Below are positions 22,587 to 36,544 of a stretch of 64,000 bases of DNA, piece after piece. The DNA is from Octopus sinensis (lineage: Eukaryota). The DNA lies in the NCBI RefSeq assembly GCF_006345805.1, contig NC_043003.1, positions 76,942,001 to 77,006,000 on the forward strand, given 5' to 3'. Position numbers and translations under genes: made by a program. Numbering within the stretch: the first letter of the stretch is position 1; every line of letters begins with the position of its first letter. The notes below the pieces were generated by a model. It was not told the origin of the DNA. It did no database searches and saw nothing but the letters and a program-made list of their open reading frames with translations.

Positions 22587-24097
22587 TACGTTCAAAAAGT
22601 AATACAAAGCAATTTATGTAATGAAAGCGGGCAGAGTTGTGCTCGATTGTACAGTGAAGTACGGAAAATAATGAAACTTCTGAAGAAATATTTTAATTTC
22701 CTACAAAGCCACAAAGGAGATGTTTCAAGGAGGAAATCAACCTAGTGTTTAATTGGCAATTTCTTTTGCTGACTCTGGAGGGATAATGACGAAAAGTTGA
22801 TCTCGGTGGGATATGAACTCAGAATGTTAAGAGTCGTGGCTAATTATCACAAACCATTTTATCCAATGCTCTAAAGATTCCACTAATCCACGCATGTAAA
22901 CCATAGTAATGTGACTCTCAAACACACATACACAAGCCGCGCTATGAATTCTATACTTCATTGTGTTTTCCTTAGAATGTGAGCAGATGTGTCAGCGAAG
23001 GTCATTCAATTGTTGGCTGTGCCTTTGTTATTATTGTAATGGTGGCGGTTGTGCTGGCTGATTTTTCGATTTTCTGTCCATAGATTCCTGTCGATAAGGT
23101 AATAATATATTACATTAGTTTCAGCTGGGCGGGCGAGGTGAAACACAAATACAAAAAAAAAAAAAACGATATTGAGCGAAAAAGAAATAGACATTTGATA
23201 TAGAAGAAATGCTAACTTGTACATACAGTGTTGATTGTTAGAACGTATCTAATGAGATAGTTGTGGAATAAATCATGTAGAATCCATAGATATTGGAGAC
23301 GATAGTTTAGAAAACTTAGGGCAGGGTTTCATAGTCCAAACTATTGACATTCCAGCTTAAGTCACTTCAGTTGTGTTTTTCTATTCTGTTCTTATCTGTT
23401 TATTGTACTTTTTCTATCTTATACTCAACAATACTTCTTTTCTCTTTCTCTTTTCTCCTCTATCCACCTCTTTCATCCCATTCTACACCTCTTATCTCCA
23501 CTCCTTCACATTTTGTCACCTCGCTCTCTTACATTTGTGCAATAACTACGTGTGGCTTACTCAGACGAGAAACGTGATAGATAGAACGATATATAAGTAT
23601 GTAGATATAGATAGATAGCTAGATAGATAGATAGATAGATAGATAGAGATAGAGAGAGAGAGAGAGAGAGATACATACATACATGCATACATACATGCAT
23701 GCATGCATGCATACATACATACATACATACATACATGCATGCATGCATACATACATACATACATACATACATGCATGCATACATACATACATACATACAT
23801 GTATGCATGCATCCATCCTCCATCCATCTATACATACATACATACATAAAAACATACATACATATGTAGGTAGATAGATAGACAGACAGACAGATAGATA
23901 GATAGATTTCTTTATTGGACACACACAGCTAAACACAGAAGGGACAAAATACAAAGTAGAGCTTTTCTTTTTGGGAAAAAGAGAAGGGGATAAAAGGGGT
24001 GGGGAATTTCGATCAAACGGGATCATGAAAAGAAGAAAAAAGAAAAAAGGGGACAAATTCCGATCAAAAAGTATCGTGGGAAAATGGAAAAAGAAGG

Positions 24098-24186
<89 letters not shown>

Positions 24187-24624
24187 CTACAGTTATATGA
24201 ATTAGGCATGAGTGTGTGTATTATGCGCGTTTGTGCATTTATGCGTATATGTGCGTGAGTACGTGTGTATTACTGCCCAGAAAACTGAGATCATTTAACA
24301 TTAGCTTGTTTTATCGCCCCTACATTCTTAAAAGCGCAACAAGGCAACAAAGAGCTAACATCCTACTTTCTCAGATACATAGGCTCTTTTATTTTCAATG
24401 ACTGCACACTGGAAAGGGATTCTAAATCGGCTTGGACAGAACTCGATATCCTTGGGAAAAAATTCAAAAAGAGAACCTTTCTAAAGTCAACTTAGCCTCT
24501 ATACTAAGGTTCACATCTGCAGAAGAATAGTTTTTGCTTTCTGGATGTGAGTAGAACATTGCATGTCTACATGCGCGGAACGTGAGACTCTGAGCAACAC
24601 AAAAACTCTGTGCTAATTTTGCAG

Positions 24625-24700
<76 letters not shown>

Positions 24701-25139
24701 GATATATATATATATACAAATTAGTAAATAAATGGCACACTAAGTACCGATATTTACTGGAAATAGCGAACGTAAAAATACGACGCTAATGTGTAGCTTC
24801 ACCAACGAGTGAAAAACGCGTAAACATACGAGTGATAAATACAGGACAAAATATCAAACGATACAATATAAGAACAGGACATCACTAACGAGTGAAAATA
24901 CGTAAACACATGATGAAAGACAAGTATGGGACAAAATACCAAAAGAAGTCTAACTCCTCCTCAGTTTTCGAATGTTTATTAATCCATATTTCGAGCTTTC
25001 AACAAGATAGGAAAACTTCATAAGACAGCAGAATCCAGAAATGTTTAAAATATAAAATTTGGGTAGAGTTAGAGCTTCGAACGAACAAACAGTAACAGAG
25101 TGGCCGTACAAAGTAAACAATCGACGATGGCAAAATTAA

Positions 25140-25330
25140 GGGCCATTAGGCCAAGACGCATTGTAATGGGTAACGCCTGGGAGAAATTTTGAAGTGATAT
25201 AGAATAAATAGAAGAGAAGAAAATAGTAGAAGAGGAGAATGTCGGGAGGCGAGAGAAATGACGTCCAGATAGGTGGAGGTCGCGTCCAGAAAAGACAGAG
25301 GTGGAAGAAACGGCCTGTAGTCACGTGTGA
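25140..25330 (-). mobile_element. Decayed Penelope RT C-terminal fragment
   Basis: DYRPFLPPLSFLDATSTYLDVISLASRHSPLLLFSSL loosely follows the PLE PFLD...YL.(F/Y).S.H segment. Confidence 0.35.
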
Positions 25331-26344
25331 GCAAACAGGCAGAGGGGAGAGTGGACAAGAAAGAGGATGAGGGAATGAAGCAAAGGGAGTGAGGAGAAGA
25401 GAGAAGGAACGAAAGATGGTAGGGAGTGGAAGAAAGACAGACAGGGAACAGCAAAGAACGAGAGGAAGAAGGGGAAAATAAGAGGATTATACAAGGATGT
25501 AAATGTATATATTTATATATTTATTTTTTACATATATGAATGTATATGTGTAACAGCTGTTTCAGTAGAACTGTATTCAATCTAGTCGTGAAAGATTATA
25601 TAATAGATTGCATAATATTATTTTGCAAATGTATTAGTAGCTTTAGACCAGGGCTGGCCGTTTAAATTCGATTAAGCCTGATGACGGTAGGATGGTATAA
25701 TAATATTATGTATTCAATTATGACATCTTTTACGACTTCATTGAACAAAGTTCTACTGTAATAGAACACCACTAGTATGTCACTATTTTATACTTACTCT
25801 GCACCAAAGATTCACCAGTTATTCGGTCATTGTCTATTAATTGGATTTGGTATTTACATAACCACAGTATTCTGTAAGCATTTCATGTTTACAATGTTGT
25901 ATTATATAACTGTAAGCGCAACGTAATTATACCTAGCCATTCTCTGGCGTCTTACATGCTGATATGCCTCAACTGTTAATGAATCCTTATAAATGGATAA
26001 TAATATATACGCTTATATCTACATATTCATGTATTTATGTATAATATTTTTATACACATATGTATGTATGTACAAATGTAATTAAATAGATATATGACTT
26101 AAATAGGCACATGAATATTCTTACATGTAAATACTCGAAGATAGGTTGACAAAGTTATTACGGAGAAAGAAGACAATGGCTAGGTATGAAGAATGAGAAA
26201 ATCTACACACAGTATGGTTTAGGATAACTGGATATCATTCTAATAGTATGTCGGTATCACCGTGATTTTGGTAAGTAGTCAGTGCTGCGTCCTGTCTCTC
26301 ATTTTGTCTACTGCCGCTGTCTCTCCCTTTGCTATGATATCTAT

Positions 26345-26566
26345 TTCTTTATTACCCACAAGGGGCTAAACACAAAGGGGACAAACAAGGACAGACATAG
26401 GTATTAAGTCTATTACATCGACCCCAGTGCGTAACTGGTACTTAATTTATCGACCCCGAAAGGATGAAAGGCAAAGTCGACCTCGGCGGAATTTGAACTC
26501 ACAACGTAACGCAGACGAAATACCGCTAAGCATTTCGCCCGGCGTGCTAACGTTTCTGCCAGCTCT
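26345..26566 (-). mobile_element. SINE family 1 copy with an alternative 3' tail
   Basis: Family-1 head and body, but the tail is CTGTCCTTGTTTGTCCCCTTTGTGTTTAGCCCCTTGTGGGTAATAAAG rather than the AAATTT..GGCCTTGTGCC tail of other copies. Confidence 0.85.
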
Positions 26567-28539
26567 CAGATGTTCATCTCGTTCGTATTCCTTCCAGTTT
26601 TTTTTTTTTTTTATTATTTTGGTATCACGAATGTGAAATAATTCGTTTTGAAAACATATACATATATATATATATAAATTTATATAAATAAGGATAAGAT
26701 CGTTATTTAAAATACCGATCATATCAATATATAGGGAGGAGAGAGAGTGAGTATATGTATAAACAGGATTCCTTTTGCTGTTTCTACGCAGATTGAAAAG
26801 AATGATGATCACCCTTATTCGATTTTTATTGGATTCTAATCAGAAGTATTTACCGATCCCAGAAAAACAAGCAGCCATTCTGTTTGTAAAGTCACCAATT
26901 ACGGTAGCTACAGAAAACTGGAGCTACTAATTTACCTACCACGAATGCTAACACTTTATTTTAGATAATAGGGAACCTGCCAACGGGGATCTCAGTCGAC
27001 ATAGTATCAAGGTATGAATAGACAAAATGCTATATGTAGACTAACATTTATATATGTGTGTGCGTGTGTACGTATAAATAAAATGACAGGGAGAGAGATG
27101 AAGAGAATACGCGGAATAATTTCTCAGATTGTTCAGTTGAAAACAGATCGTGATAGCTTTGGTTTGTTTATTAAAATACATTTTTCATTATTTCTTTATT
27201 AGTTTTGAGAAATAGTTAATCAACTCTTGCAAAACATTCGGCATTATCCTCAGGGTGATATTTGTGCTAATTTTTATTACTGGGTTGTTTTAGATTAGCA
27301 AGCAATGCATGGGAATGTTGTTTACCTAATGGTATCATCACAACATGCCTTTTATTTATTTATTTATTTATCTATTTAAATCGAACATGTATTCATTAAC
27401 AGTTGAGAGATTATTGTTACATTAGAATAACCTTGTGTTAATATTTGGTTGTACTTCGCTAATTTCATTGGTAATCATTTTATCTAAGTCTGTATAAAGT
27501 AGTTATATAATATACTTTTTTTTAATTTTATGTTCCGTTGCATATGTAATGTGTTGTAATGGTTATGTGTAAGAAATACATAGATAAATGGCGAGCGACT
27601 GTTGTTGTTGTTTCTTCTACGTAACATTCATTTAAATTCTAATTTACAGCTTTTATGTTTACACTGAAATTTGACTATAACATTCATCTGAAGTTGCTTC
27701 CATCACATACGGTGCTACAGTTTTATAATGATCAGAAGGTTTGTAATACATTCTTAATGTTAGTTGTGGTTCATGCTAAGATTTATTTTGCACTATTTTA
27801 TGAGAGGTTTTGTGTTCTTTCGTTTTATACGTAGGATGAATTTGGTTTCTGCGTTTTATTGGTTGTTGTATCTCTTATATTTGTAAGGTGATATTTGTGA
27901 CACTGATTTTGTATTGTTCTGCAACTTGGTCTTCTAGCTTGTTCGAATAACAGCAGAGAACTAAAGGATAACGTAATTTTGCGTGGACAACAACTACGTA
28001 AATTGGGTGTCCAGCAAACAAAGACAAAACAAAACAAAAGCTCTTGTCAGGAAACACAGGAAAGTGTACTTTGGAGACATTATTGATATTCTCTATATAT
28101 GAACACTATGTATATATAGGCATCAGTTGTGGCTTCCTTAGTATATACAGATATTACGATTGTGTTATTTCCTACGTTAATTTAAAGGAGAGAATGGAAT
28201 AGTTCCTAGCTTCTACTGCTGGACGCTATCAATGTTAGGTCACAATAAAATTCATTCAGAGTACAAGAATTATTAGAATAAGGGCGAATCTAGAATGTCT
28301 ATCGTTGTCTTTCATAGCGGTGCGAGCAGTATATCGTGAGCAGCTTGCTAGTTCTAATTCCTGCAACTTTTTTTGTCCATCCACATCGCCATTAACACCA
28401 CCACCACCACTGCCAGCATCACCATCATCATCATCATCATCAACATCATTATCATCATCATCATTATCATCGTCGTCGTCATCATCATCATCATCATCAT
28501 CGTCGTTATTGTTATACATTTCACTTGATTTCACTTTTT

Positions 28540-28830
28540 CTGGCTAATTCTTTAAGAGCAGACAACAGTCTGTTGTCAAGGGTCCCACAGCAGTAATAGA
28601 ATCCCACAGGGATTCAATTACTGCTAAACACTTATAACTCGCTCCCCCTGTAAATGATTTTAATGCCTGGCCATCTGGTAATTGGATGCCTTCGCTAATA
28701 ACAACCTGTCCCCTTCTCATGACTAATATCGCACACTTATCCATTCCAAATCCCATGCCTATCTCTTTTTCTGAAGAATCTTACAGTCTATATTTAGGAA
28801 TCTATCTCTTTCTCATTCTTACTGAAATAC
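28540..28830 (-). mobile_element. R4/Dong-type (RLE) LINE, RT C-terminal fragment
   Basis: MGFGMDKCAILVMRRGQVVISEGIQLPDGQALKSFTGGASYKCLAV matches the FG.DKCA.....G......GI.L......Y.YLG segment of R4-clade RTs. Confidence 0.75.
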
Positions 28831-28966
28831 TTCAGATCATCCATGTAGAGCAAATGGTGAACTTTTACCTTATTATTTCTGAATAGACAGCCTGCCTTTG
28901 CCTTCCATAATACTATACTCGGAAGGGGGTTCAAACATAAGACAAATATTAAAGACAAGTTTTGTT

Positions 28967-29002
<36 letters not shown>

Positions 29003-29005
29003 GTC

Positions 29006-29069
<64 letters not shown>

Positions 29070-29115
29070 CAACAACAACAACAACAATAATAACAACAAT
29101 AATAATAATAATAAT

Positions 29116-29654
29116 GCCCTGATGCAGTACCAGGTAGTGGCTCTCATGATTTTAACTGATTGGAAGTGTTATCATGTTTTGTCTTAGTGTAAAAGATGGG
29201 CTACAGCAAATATTCTGCTCAATACCACAGATTTGCTTGTCAGTTGTTTGACCTTTACCAGTTGAGCATGTTCCTTAGTGGCTGACGATATGTGCATCTC
29301 TGATCACGAGCAGAAGTAGTGGGGGAGCATCATAGCCATGTGTTGAGAGGGATCCTTTGGGGTTTGAATAATTCACCTCTGGAAACATGGGTGTTTCGTT
29401 CAACGTCCTTAAACAGCCCTTATTCAGGATCTATTAAGCGGGATGGCGTACTCGTGCAGAAGAAAATTCTAATTGGGCTCCATCTACAAGCTCATGCGCT
29501 GTTTATCTTGATATGAGACCACTATGTCGCACACATATGCTTGTGATGCATGTGCCTGGTCTACCCTTATAGGACAGATATTCATGATACGTATATTGGG
29601 ATTCGTATATTATACCCCAGTATCACTTTGATGGCATGCACTGCTCTATCACTC
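29116..29654 (+). mobile_element. ~540-bp non-coding interspersed element embedded in (AAT)n
   Basis: Starts GCCCTGATGCAGTACCAGG immediately after (AAT)n and ends CACTGCTCTATCACTC followed by AAT repeats; further copies at 30598-31152 (-) and 57069-57604 (+). Confidence 0.85.
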
Positions 29655-30271
29655 AATAATTATAATGATAATATTTTCGTTATCCTTGTTCTTTTGGACT
29701 ATCACTTTGCTGAAATACTTTAAATAATGTCGCAGGTGTGAAATTCCACTTCGAGTAATATCTAATAACCAATTAGTTACTGATGTAAAGGAAAATATTT
29801 GTTTCTGTAGCTTTTGTCTATGATTTTGTCTACGCGTGTGTCGGTGATGGGAATTGTATGAGTATGTATATATGTCTATGTGCGCGTTTGCGCCTGTATA
29901 AGAGTGCTTGTTACATTCAACACATTACACACAAACGTCATCCACTCGAGGCAAGTTGTATTAGCCACTTTCTGTCTAATTTCATTTCCTCTGTGAATAA
30001 ATTACCTCAAACGCTGTTACGGTATATATTTGTTACGAATTGCTGTCATTATCAATTCGGTAAAATGGGCGTTGGATTAACTGGCAGAATCAAAACCTGT
30101 TCAAATTCTTTTATCTATTTAATCCACTAACCACCTCACCTCCAATTTTTATCCTGGTGCTAAAGCTAAATAAAACTATACAGAGTGGTGTTTTAGCAGA
30201 ATCTTCAAAGCATTGCCTTTTCTTTAACACTTCCTCTCAAAATCACAGTCAGCAGCATCAGCATTATTATT

Positions 30272-30330
<59 letters not shown>

Positions 30331-30344
30331 TAAGTAGTAGTATT

Positions 30345-30560
30345 AAGGCGATGAGTTGGAAAATTCTTTAGGACGCCAGGCAAAATGCTTAGTGGCATTT
30401 CTTCCATCATTACGTATTGAGTTCAAATTCCGCTGAGGTTCACTTTGACTTTCTTCATTTCGGGATCAATAAAATAAATACTATTTGAGCAGTGGGATCG
30501 ATGGAATCGAGTTAGTCCCTTGTGCAAAGTTTCTGACCTTGAGCCAGAATTTGAAATTAT
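30345..30560 (+). mobile_element. SINE family 1 copy
   Basis: GGCGATGAGTTGG...GAGTTCAAATTCCGCTGAGG...; follows an (AGT)n tract. Confidence 0.75.
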
Positions 30561-30561
30561 A

Positions 30562-30597
<36 letters not shown>

Positions 30598-31152
30598 GAG
30601 TGAGAGAGCAGTGCATGCCATCAAAGTGACACTGGGGTAAAATATACGAAGCCCAGTATACCCATCATAACTACCCGTCTGATAAGGGTACACCAGGCAC
30701 ATGCATCACAACCATATGTGCGCGACATGGTGATCTCATATCAAGATAAACAGCACATGACCTTGCAGGTGGGGGCCCAGTTAGAATTTTCTTTAGGTTG
30801 AGTAGCCCATCCCGCTCGAAAGGTCCCTGAATAAGGGTTGTTTAAGGATGTTGAAAGAACCACCCATGTTTCCAGAGGTGAATTATTCAAACCCCAAAGA
30901 ATCCCTCTCAGCACATGGCTATGATGCTCCCCCACTACTTCTGCTCGTGATCAGAGATGCACATATCGTCAGCCATTAAGGGACATGCTCAACTGGTTAA
31001 GGTCAAACAACTGACAAGCAAATCTGTGGTATTGAGCAGAATATTTGCTGTAGCCCATCTTTTATACCAAGACAAAACAATGTACGTGATAACACTTCCA
31101 ATCAGTTAAGATTGGAAGCCATGAGAGTCACTGCCTGGTACTGCATCAGGGC
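30598..31152 (-). mobile_element. ~540-bp AAT-embedded element, second copy
   Basis: Reverse complement of 29116-29654, with (ATT)n on both sides. Confidence 0.85.
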
Positions 31153-31233
<81 letters not shown>

Positions 31234-31245
31234 TATCATCATCAT

Positions 31246-31459
31246 TCAGTAGTTTTATTTTTATAACGTGCTTTCACTTCACTACCGAGCGCAGTTCTGT
31301 GTACCTAGGGTATGTGCTGTGATTTGTTGTGATGCTCTGATTGTTACTGTATTGAAAGTGTTCTGCGTAGGATGTGTGCGGTGCCTAGTAGTGCAATTTT
31401 CTGTATGTTATATGTGTTTGTAAGTCCTGGTGTTTTTGTTATGTATTTGTCTGGATATT

Positions 31460-31460
<1 letters not shown>
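31246..31460 (-). mobile_element. R4/Dong-type LINE 3' end
   Basis: YPDKYITKTPGLTNTYNIQKIALLGTAHILRRTLSIQ* plus a 3' UTR nearly identical to 59556-59762; AAT repeats on both sides. Confidence 0.85.
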
Positions 31461-31514
<54 letters not shown>

Positions 31515-31533
31515 CATCATCATCATCATCATC

Positions 31534-31633
<100 letters not shown>

Positions 31634-31656
31634 ACATCATCATCATCATTATTATT

Positions 31657-31865
31657 AAGGCGGCGAGCTGGCAGATTCGTTAGCAAGCCTGGCAAAATGC
31701 TTAGCGGCATTTCGTCTGCCACTACGTTCTGACTTCTAAATCCGCTGAGATTGACTTTGTCTTTCATCCTTTCCGGGTCGATAAATTAAGTACTAGGGGG
31801 ACATTAAGTCAATTAGTCTCCTCCCCAAACTTTCAGGCCTTGTGCCTACAGTAGAAAGGATTATC
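31657..31865 (+). mobile_element. SINE family 1 copy
   Basis: GGCGGCGAGCTGGCAGA..CGTTAGC head with the family body and GGCCTTGTGCCTA tail. Confidence 0.8.
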
Positions 31866-31884
31866 ATTGTTATTTTCTCATTAT

Positions 31885-32400
31885 CACAGGTTTTGTAGGA
31901 GCTCCTGGAGCCTTGCATGCGTTGCGGTCTTACTACCTGCAGCCTTCGGTACCACCCTTTTCTTTCTTCTCAGCTATCTAATATATTCCTGATTGTTGTG
32001 ACCGTGCTAAGGAAGCAACCGTTTTCTAACAGTTCTACTGGGCACCCTATTCTAATTTCCTTTATATTCCACTTGATGCCTTTTGATACTCTTCCTAAGG
32101 ACCCAACACTAACAGGTACTATCTTCACCTTCTTCATTTTCCATAGCCGAGCTATTTCGTACATAAGAGGGTTGTATCCATCTATCTTTTCGTCTTCGTT
32201 TTTGCTTATTCGTGGGTCAAAGGGGAATGCAATATCAACTATATAGCATATGCGGTAGCCCTTGTCTACCATTACTAGATCCAGACTATTATGCTCTAGC
32301 ACCTGATCTGTTTGGATTGAGAAATCCCAGAGGATTTTGCTAGTCTCCGACTCCGTCACTCTCTGTGGTCTGTGCTCGTACTAGCCTCTCGAGCCACCAC
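31885..32400 (-). mobile_element. R4/Dong-type LINE fragment, restriction-like endonuclease domain (second family)
   Basis: ORF 31970-32359: KILWDFSIQTDQVLEHN.LDLV.VDK...IVDIAFP.D..I..KEDEK..Y..L..EI.RLW....IVP..VG.LG (PD-(D/E)XK RLE pattern). Confidence 0.85.
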
Positions 32401-32694
32401 TTTTCGCACAGTCGATGTAATCTATTCACTTATGTCATTAATGTCATTAACCACTGGGGTCTTGCTTTAGAGAGGTTCATGGGAAGACATTTTGCTGCTC
32501 TAGACAGCAGCAAAACCATAGTATGTGTGCTGAAAATATCCTGTTAAATATTCCTGCCTATAAGTTACACCGATTTCTCACCGGTAATATTTCAGGTCGC
32601 TTTATTGCAGTATTTGTTAACGGATCCCTTTATTCCTGACTCTCAAACCAATTTGGTGTTGAGGTGTGTGTGTGCGTGAGTGTTTGTAGGTTGG

Positions 32695-32810
32695 TAGGTA
32701 GGTAGGTAGGTAGGTGTGTAGGTAGGTAGGTAGGTAGGTAGGTAGGTAGGTAGGTAGGTAGGTAGGTAGGTAGGTAGGTAGGTAGGTAGGTAGGTAGGTG
32801 GGTAGGTATG
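32695..32810 (+). repeat. (GGTA)n microsatellite
   Basis: Direct reading. Confidence 0.95.
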
Positions 32811-33765
32811 CATTCTTCTACTTATGGAATTAAAATAAAGTTTTCATTTCATACTTAATATAATTCCGTTTCAACTACAATATTTACTTTTTCAATATTT
32901 ATATAAAGTGCTGTTTTGATGTGACTTATCTCATCAGTATATTACACATAATTATGTTTTTGGAAAGAAATGAATATGCAAATGTTAACATTTATAAATA
33001 TAGATGCAAACGATCGACAAATATATTTGATTAAAGAATATGATTCTTCTCTTTCAGAAAATATAGACAGGAAGGTGAATTTCCTTTGACGTACAGTCTG
33101 GGAAATTTTATAAAGTATACCTTTGGATGACTTTGGTAACAGATCGCTACTCCATGGAGCTAGACTTAATGAGATCATTTTCATTACAATATACGTGACT
33201 ATGTTTGCAACATGTACGACTTATGCCGTCGTGTTTTCTATGTTTGCCTTTCATCGAACAGATTCTACGGGTTTTGCGTGCTAGTTACAAATACCAACAC
33301 GCATTATATGAAGAAATTCACAGATATTTTGTGTTGATATCTGTTGAAGTGAATGTTTATTCCGTGCTAGTTGTTCACTTTTTTTGCAAGAGCGACAGGC
33401 TACATTAGGAAAGTTATCTCTTTCAATATTAATTAAATACATAGCACTTAATATATAATTTCTTTAAATTTCTTAATATTTCATTTCACTTTCACAGCAA
33501 TTTTAGTCGCTCAACACTTATAAACTGATCAGTTTTGATGTGACCGAGTGTCATCTGTACAAACTGATTAGGTATTATACACATGTTCGTTATCTGTGTG
33601 TATATATGCGTGTGTATGTGTGCATGTGTGTCTATATACGTATAAAGTTACATATATAGACACACATATGCACACATATGTATATACATGCATACACACA
33701 CGCAAACATACGTCAAGGTAAATAGATAGGTAGATAGATAGATAAATAAATAGAAAGAAAGAAAT

Positions 33766-33799
<34 letters not shown>

Positions 33800-33959
33800 G
33801 TACGTATATACGTATGTATGTATGTGTGCATTTATGTATGTATGTGTGTACGTATGTATGTGCATGTATATAAGTATGTATATGTATGTATCTATCTTTG
33901 TATATATGTATGTACATCCTTATAAAGGTGCCAATATAGGCACCGTAATAACAACATTC

Positions 33960-34315
33960 CGATTCTACCCAGGGATCTTTACATAAAACTATTATTACAG
34001 AAGACTTATAACCTCATTGAAGGGATGAGATGGCGAATTCTGCTCTACGACAACAAATCTAATACATCTCACTCCTCCAAGTACGATGGCTAATATAAAT
34101 TAAAAACTTATAAAAGGGCTACTATAACTTAAAACTTTTAAAAATACGCCTCGTAACCTTACACTGGCTAATTTCGAAAAGGATCTTCTTCAAATGATTA
34201 GCAATATAAAATTCTTTCTTTTTGATGAGAACCTCTCCAAAATCATCTAAGGGTAAAAACTCTCCACATTTTCTTGCTTTTTCGACAAAACCCGAGACTT
34301 GCACACCTTCTTGAT
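33960..34315 (+). mobile_element. Penelope-like ORF N-terminal fragment
   Basis: LANFEKDLLQMISNIKF...CFFDKTRDLH matches the PLE FE.DL..MI.NIKF...ADKT.N.Y segment; stops present. Confidence 0.55.
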
Positions 34316-34319
34316 TGAT

Positions 34320-34384
<65 letters not shown>

Positions 34385-35039
34385 TTATTTCATTCGTAAA
34401 GATTTTAGTGCCACGATATATGTACATAATTACAGCATGGAATCATTAAAATTAATGGATTTCATCAGTAGCCAGCATATAAAAACCTTTTTAGGCAAAA
34501 TACATTTATAGAGATATATAGTTGTACCTTACACAATTATACTTAAGGGCACAAAAACTATTATGCTTATATGCTGAAAGAACACGCCGAATACATTCTA
34601 CCACTCCAGATATTCACCCCACAAATAATTATACAGATTGAAAACAGAAAAACAGTCTAGCTAAAAATTCATAAAATGATTTAGATAGTTTTGGTTTGGT
34701 CAGTTTCTGAATTAATTTAGTAACTTTCCCTCATCAGCAAAAGACATTGGGCGAAATAAATGAAAATATCTATACGTAGTCTCAGAAAAGTATACGCAAA
34801 ATTCGAGTGCGTATAAATATTCGCAAATATATATGCATCTAATTCCTCATACATATACACTCAAAGTTACACCAAATTGGCTTATTATTGATAAACAACA
34901 ATTCAAATTACACCTCCAAACTCAGAACTGACTGATGAACACCCCATTCTCATACAGCTTTAGCGAATTATTGTTTCGAATTGATGTATCAGGTTAGAAA
35001 TTTTGAAGAGTAAGAGGGAAAAAGAATCGTTCGTTAACA

Positions 35040-35400
35040 CCAAACCAGTACTTGATTGACACCTTATTTTACGAACTCGACAGGATGATAGGCAAATGTG
35101 ACCTCGGTACGGTTTGAACTCGAAACAAAAGTGTCGGAACACATACCACAAAGCAGTTGTCCAATCCGCTAACGATTCTGTAACTCCACTGTTCTGTTTT
35201 GTTTCCAACTTTATTATCTGACTGGAAATTTGAGTTGACTTGGTTAGTTTATCAAATCGATATCAGTACCTAGATTGAGACTTTATTTGATTGACCCTGC
35301 TGAGTTGAAAGGCAAAGTTGACTTCATCGAGATTTGAACTTGGACTGTTTCATAGTAACGGAACAGATGCGTCAGACCACTTTTGCCACACTTCCAATGC
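35040..35400 (-). mobile_element. Two old SINE family 1 remnants
   Basis: GGCAAA.GTGACCTCGGT.CGGTTTGAACTC and GAAAGGCAAAGTTGACTTCATCGAGATTTGAACTT cores. Confidence 0.55.
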
Positions 35401-36431
35401 TACTATAGTAGTTGCATCGCAGCTGTTGCTGTTACTATTGTTGCTAACACTTGATTGTGATATATTTATTATTTGTAATATTTAGTTAGAGTAAGCATCA
35501 CCATCATATCCCTGCATCCATTACTACCAACTCCACCACCATCATCATCTTCATCACCACCAACACCACCATCACCATTACTACTATTACTACTACAAAC
35601 TCTACCTCCATTAGAGCAGCAGCAGCTGCTGCTGCAACTACTGTACTACTACCATTAAAAGAGTACAACATGAATAACAACAACCATATGTTTTACGGTA
35701 ATCCGTGGTGACAGATTGAAAGATGGAGGATTACGTTGATTCACTCGTGGGTGGAAGTTTGGAAAGATGGCGGAGTAAAGACAGGGATGATGATGATGAC
35801 GGCGACGACAACGAGAACGGTAGCGATGACGACGACAGCGACGAGCCGATGACGACGGTGAAAATTAGTAATTAATAACAAAAAAATGACTGTTTGTATG
35901 ATAAAAAATATAGTATACTTGTGTTATTCGACGCAATATCAATTTGTAGTAGTTACGTCACAAGGCCTATTCAAGCATGTATACACACATGCGTATATAT
36001 ATACATCACAATGCCTTCATAAGCATATACATACACATATATACATATAATTTTTGATTTATTGCAGTGATTATAGAGACACATGGAGACGATATGAATT
36101 GCCTTGCTATCAATCTTGTGTAGCAGGGCTATACAAACCAGAAAAGACAGCCAATTAAGATATCACTACTGCAAGATATGGATAGAAATGTAAAGACATG
36201 AATGACATTACAGAGGTAAGGCCTGCGATAGAAAGACGGGTAGAGATAGAAATACATATGTGCCTAAAAGAAAACCTACAGAAGCCCAAACACAATCATA
36301 TTCACGCTTGAGATCACACATAAGCGCGCTGATTACGACATACATATATACATACAAAAACGTACACTAACACACGCCCGGACGTCTTAATGTACTTATA
36401 CATATCTATGTAAATGCGTATGTGTGTATGC

Positions 36432-36466
<35 letters not shown>

Positions 36467-36544
36467 TACATAAATATTCATATATATGTGTAGATATTCA
36501 CATAAATATTCATATATATATATGTGTGTGTTGATATTCAGTTT

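Noticed and set aside
29319-29516. Recurrent ORF MGEHHSHVLRGILWGLNNSPLETW (also 30741-30935, 57272-57466)
   Set aside because: Lies inside the ~540-bp repeat, starts at GTG, and the frames diverge between copies through indels, so it is not maintained as protein.
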